A stretch of 61,721 nucleotides of DNA, the filler included. It is 4 parts of 4 records of this genome, joined end to end, with 100 filler letters (N's around TTAATTAATTAA, not from the genome) between each part and the next. Parts side by side here need not be neighbours in the genome. Positions count along the whole stretch, not along the records: positions 55,365 to 61,721 come from DRR723986_12501; 3 more parts are not named here. The stretch is one strand, 5' to 3'. Both the position numbers and the translations under genes were made by a program. The notes beneath the pieces were generated by a model. It did no database searches and had not been told where the DNA came from. It saw only the letters and a program-made list of their open reading frames with translations. Below, in pieces: positions 59,910 through 61,721 of this stretch (positions are counted from its first letter, which is position 1; every line of letters starts with the position of its first letter).

Positions 59910-60707
59910 CTAGACCAGAGGGTCTTGAGGGCGCAACAAAGTCCGGTGAAACGGTGGAAGATCCTGTTCAGGGAGCAACCCACACCCTCGGGCAGCAGGA
60001 AAAACACGGGTTGGAGAGGTACCAAGGTGTTCATAGACCAGACGTGCCATACGTGGAGTTGCCGGGTTTTCTGAAGCTGTTCGTGTGACGTATCCAAGCC
60101 AAAAGTTGTTTTCGAGCGAGGCCACGCGGCTGAGAAAGTTAAAGCTGCCTGTCATTGCGTTATGCCGAGAGATAACCAGTGAAATGCCGGCTTCTTGCCA
60201 AGTGACGTAGCCACGGAATTCACGCGAGATAGCATCGGTGCGTTGTCCTTGGGCACGCATAGCGTCTTTGGCTTCGTACCCGCGCACAAATGTATATTGC
60301 CCCTGACGGTAGATATAAACCAATCCAACAACATAGCGATCAGGGTCTACAAAGCTAGAGCGTGAAAACCGGTAGAATCCGCTGGGAAAGTTGCTCTCGT
60401 TGAGCTCTGTTACACCGGATCGGAAAAAATCCGAGAGAACAGGGCCGGTCAAAAGATCCTTGTTTGTTTCGATTTTGCCGACTTTTTCGAGCAATATGCG
60501 CGCATCGACTTCGAAAAAATTGCAGATGCGGTCCAGGACATCTGGCCGGGGAAAGCTTTCGCCAGAAAGGTAGCGATTGAATTGGGTGCGGTTGATGCCG
60601 AGCTGGCGTGACAACTCGGAGATCGAGGTATGGGATCGAGCCAGTATGCGCAGGTTTTCCCCAAACATACTGCGCAACTCCGCAGGGGAGCGTGTTGGTT
60701 TTTTCAT
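59910..60707 (-). CDS. XRE-family HTH regulator
   Basis: NLR.L, ISEL.RQLGINRTQFNRYLSGESFPRP. Confidence 0.85.
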   Translation of the reverse strand: MKKPTRSPAELRSMFGENLRILARSHTSISELSRQLGINRTQFNRYLSGESFPRPDVLDRICNFFEVDARILLEKVGKIETNKDLLTGPVLSDFFRSGVTELNESNFPSGFYRFSRSSFVDPDRYVVGLVYIYRQGQYTFVRGYEAKDAMRAQGQRTDAISREFRGYVTWQEAGISLVISRHNAMTGSFNFLSRVASLENNFWLGYVTRTASENPATPRMARLVYEHLGTSPTRVFPAARGCGLLPEQDLPPFHRTLLRPQDPLV

Positions 60708-60946
60708 GGGTGCCCCGGCACTGTGAGATTTGGTAGGGAAAAAACAACATCGGACAGAGGAGTGATGTCCTCTCGATGTGACCAAAGACCAAACGCGTGT
60801 ATCACCCGGACCCAACAGGGATCGATGATACGAGGCGCACCCTAGAGCTGTGTGGCGTTGAGTTCAAGCGACATGCAGCAGTTCATTTTGAACTAGTGCT
60901 CACTTTGTTCCAGTGTAGGGGGGACGCTCAGGCGAGAGCGACGTTG

Positions 60947-60973
60947 GGCAGAGGCAATATCATCGCCTCTGCC
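60947..60973 (-). terminator. Hairpin downstream of ilvN
   Basis: GGCAGAGGC/GCCTCTGCC 9-bp stem. Confidence 0.5.
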
Positions 60974-60981
60974 ATTATTAG

Positions 60982-61542
60982 TTATTCGCCGCGCAGGAGG
61001 GCGGCGACGCCGGTCCGGGCAACTTCGCTTAGGCCCAGAGGGCGCATCAGGTCGGCAAATGCGTCGATCTTGTCTGGCGCGCCGGTGATCTCAAACACAA
61101 ATGAGTGCAGCGTGCTGTCCACAACGTTGGCCCGGAAAATGTCGGCCAACCGTAGCGCTTCGACGCGTTTGTCGCCCGAGGCAACAACTTTGAGCATGGC
61201 AAGTTCGCGTTCGACTGAGGGACCTTCGACGGTAAGATCGTGGACCTCGTGGACGGGCACGATCCGACCAAGCTGCGCTTTGATCTGCTCGATGACCTGC
61301 GGGGTGCCTGTTGTGACGATGGTGATGCGGCTGAGGTGGCCCGTGTGGTCCACTTCGGCCACCGTCAGGCTTTCGATGTTGTAGCCACGCCCGGAAAACA
61401 GGCCGATGACACGGGCCAAGACACCGGGTTCGTTTTCGACCAGCAACGCGATGGTATGACGCTCGGATACATCCGAAAACGTCGGCCGTAGATTATAGGC
61501 AGAGTGGCGGGTGGAGCCTTTTTTGATATGTAGGGCAGACAT
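60982..61542 (-). CDS. ilvN: Acetolactate synthase small (regulatory) subunit
   Basis: LVENEPGVLARVIGLFSGRGYNIESLTV; ERELA..K; EVARTG. Confidence 0.95.
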   Translation of the reverse strand: MSALHIKKGSTRHSAYNLRPTFSDVSERHTIALLVENEPGVLARVIGLFSGRGYNIESLTVAEVDHTGHLSRITIVTTGTPQVIEQIKAQLGRIVPVHEVHDLTVEGPSVERELAMLKVVASGDKRVEALRLADIFRANVVDSTLHSFVFEITGAPDKIDAFADLMRPLGLSEVARTGVAALLRGE

Positions 61543-61618
61543 TTACGTCCCTTTCCTCAAGTCGTTGGTTCGACCGCGCGGGGCCGAACCGAATTCTGTT
61601 TGAAACGTCGGAGCTGGA

Positions 61619-61720
61619 TTAGACCAGCACCGAACCCTTTGCGTCGATCACACCCTGCGTGTCGGCTTCGCCGAGCAGCATGTCATTGTGGGCTTTGCCC
61701 GATGGGATCATGGGGAAGCA
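61619..61720 (-). CDS. ilvB: Acetolactate synthase large subunit, C-terminal fragment (absent from the ORF track)
   Basis: CFPMIPSGKAHNDMLLG...LV*, directly upstream of the small subunit. Confidence 0.88.
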   Translation of the reverse strand, partial: CFPMIPSGKAHNDMLLGEADTQGVIDAKGSVLV

Positions 61721-61721
61721 G

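Overview
This window is not one locus. It is four contigs joined by artificial 100-nt spacers (N44-TTAATTAATTAA-N44) at 23711-23810, 47189-47288 and 55265-55364, so neighbourhoods across the spacers mean nothing. Contig 1 (1-23710) looks planctomycete (Pirellulaceae-like). It carries a partial sulfatase, fliW, an EamA transporter, a Tat-exported intradiol dioxygenase, a GGQ release-factor-like protein, a NatA/NatB-CPBP ABC system, a VPS10/BNR propeller, a DUF5662-like gene, sulfite reductase, MaoC, GTAG-type REP/REPIN repeats and a probable 6S RNA. Contig 2 (23811-47188) is from an FCB-group bacterium with T9SS cargo proteins. It has TPR, DinB, epoxide hydrolase/WYL, RDD and SRPBCC genes, three T9SS-CTD proteins and a structured ncRNA candidate. 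It also holds the best candidate system: a GAF-sigma54 activator and a Ser/Thr kinase-STAND ATPase-TPR gene, divergent from an unknown secreted protein that has a near-consensus -24/-12 promoter and three related 16-bp palindromic sites. Contigs 3 and 4 are ordinary Rhodobacteraceae-like regions (pheT, mscL, ald/Lrp, HWE kinase, rpsU; prfB, amidase, Rieske oxygenase, ilvN/ilvB). No tRNA, rRNA, CRISPR array or transposase was seen. All family calls come from recognising motifs by eye, not from database searches.
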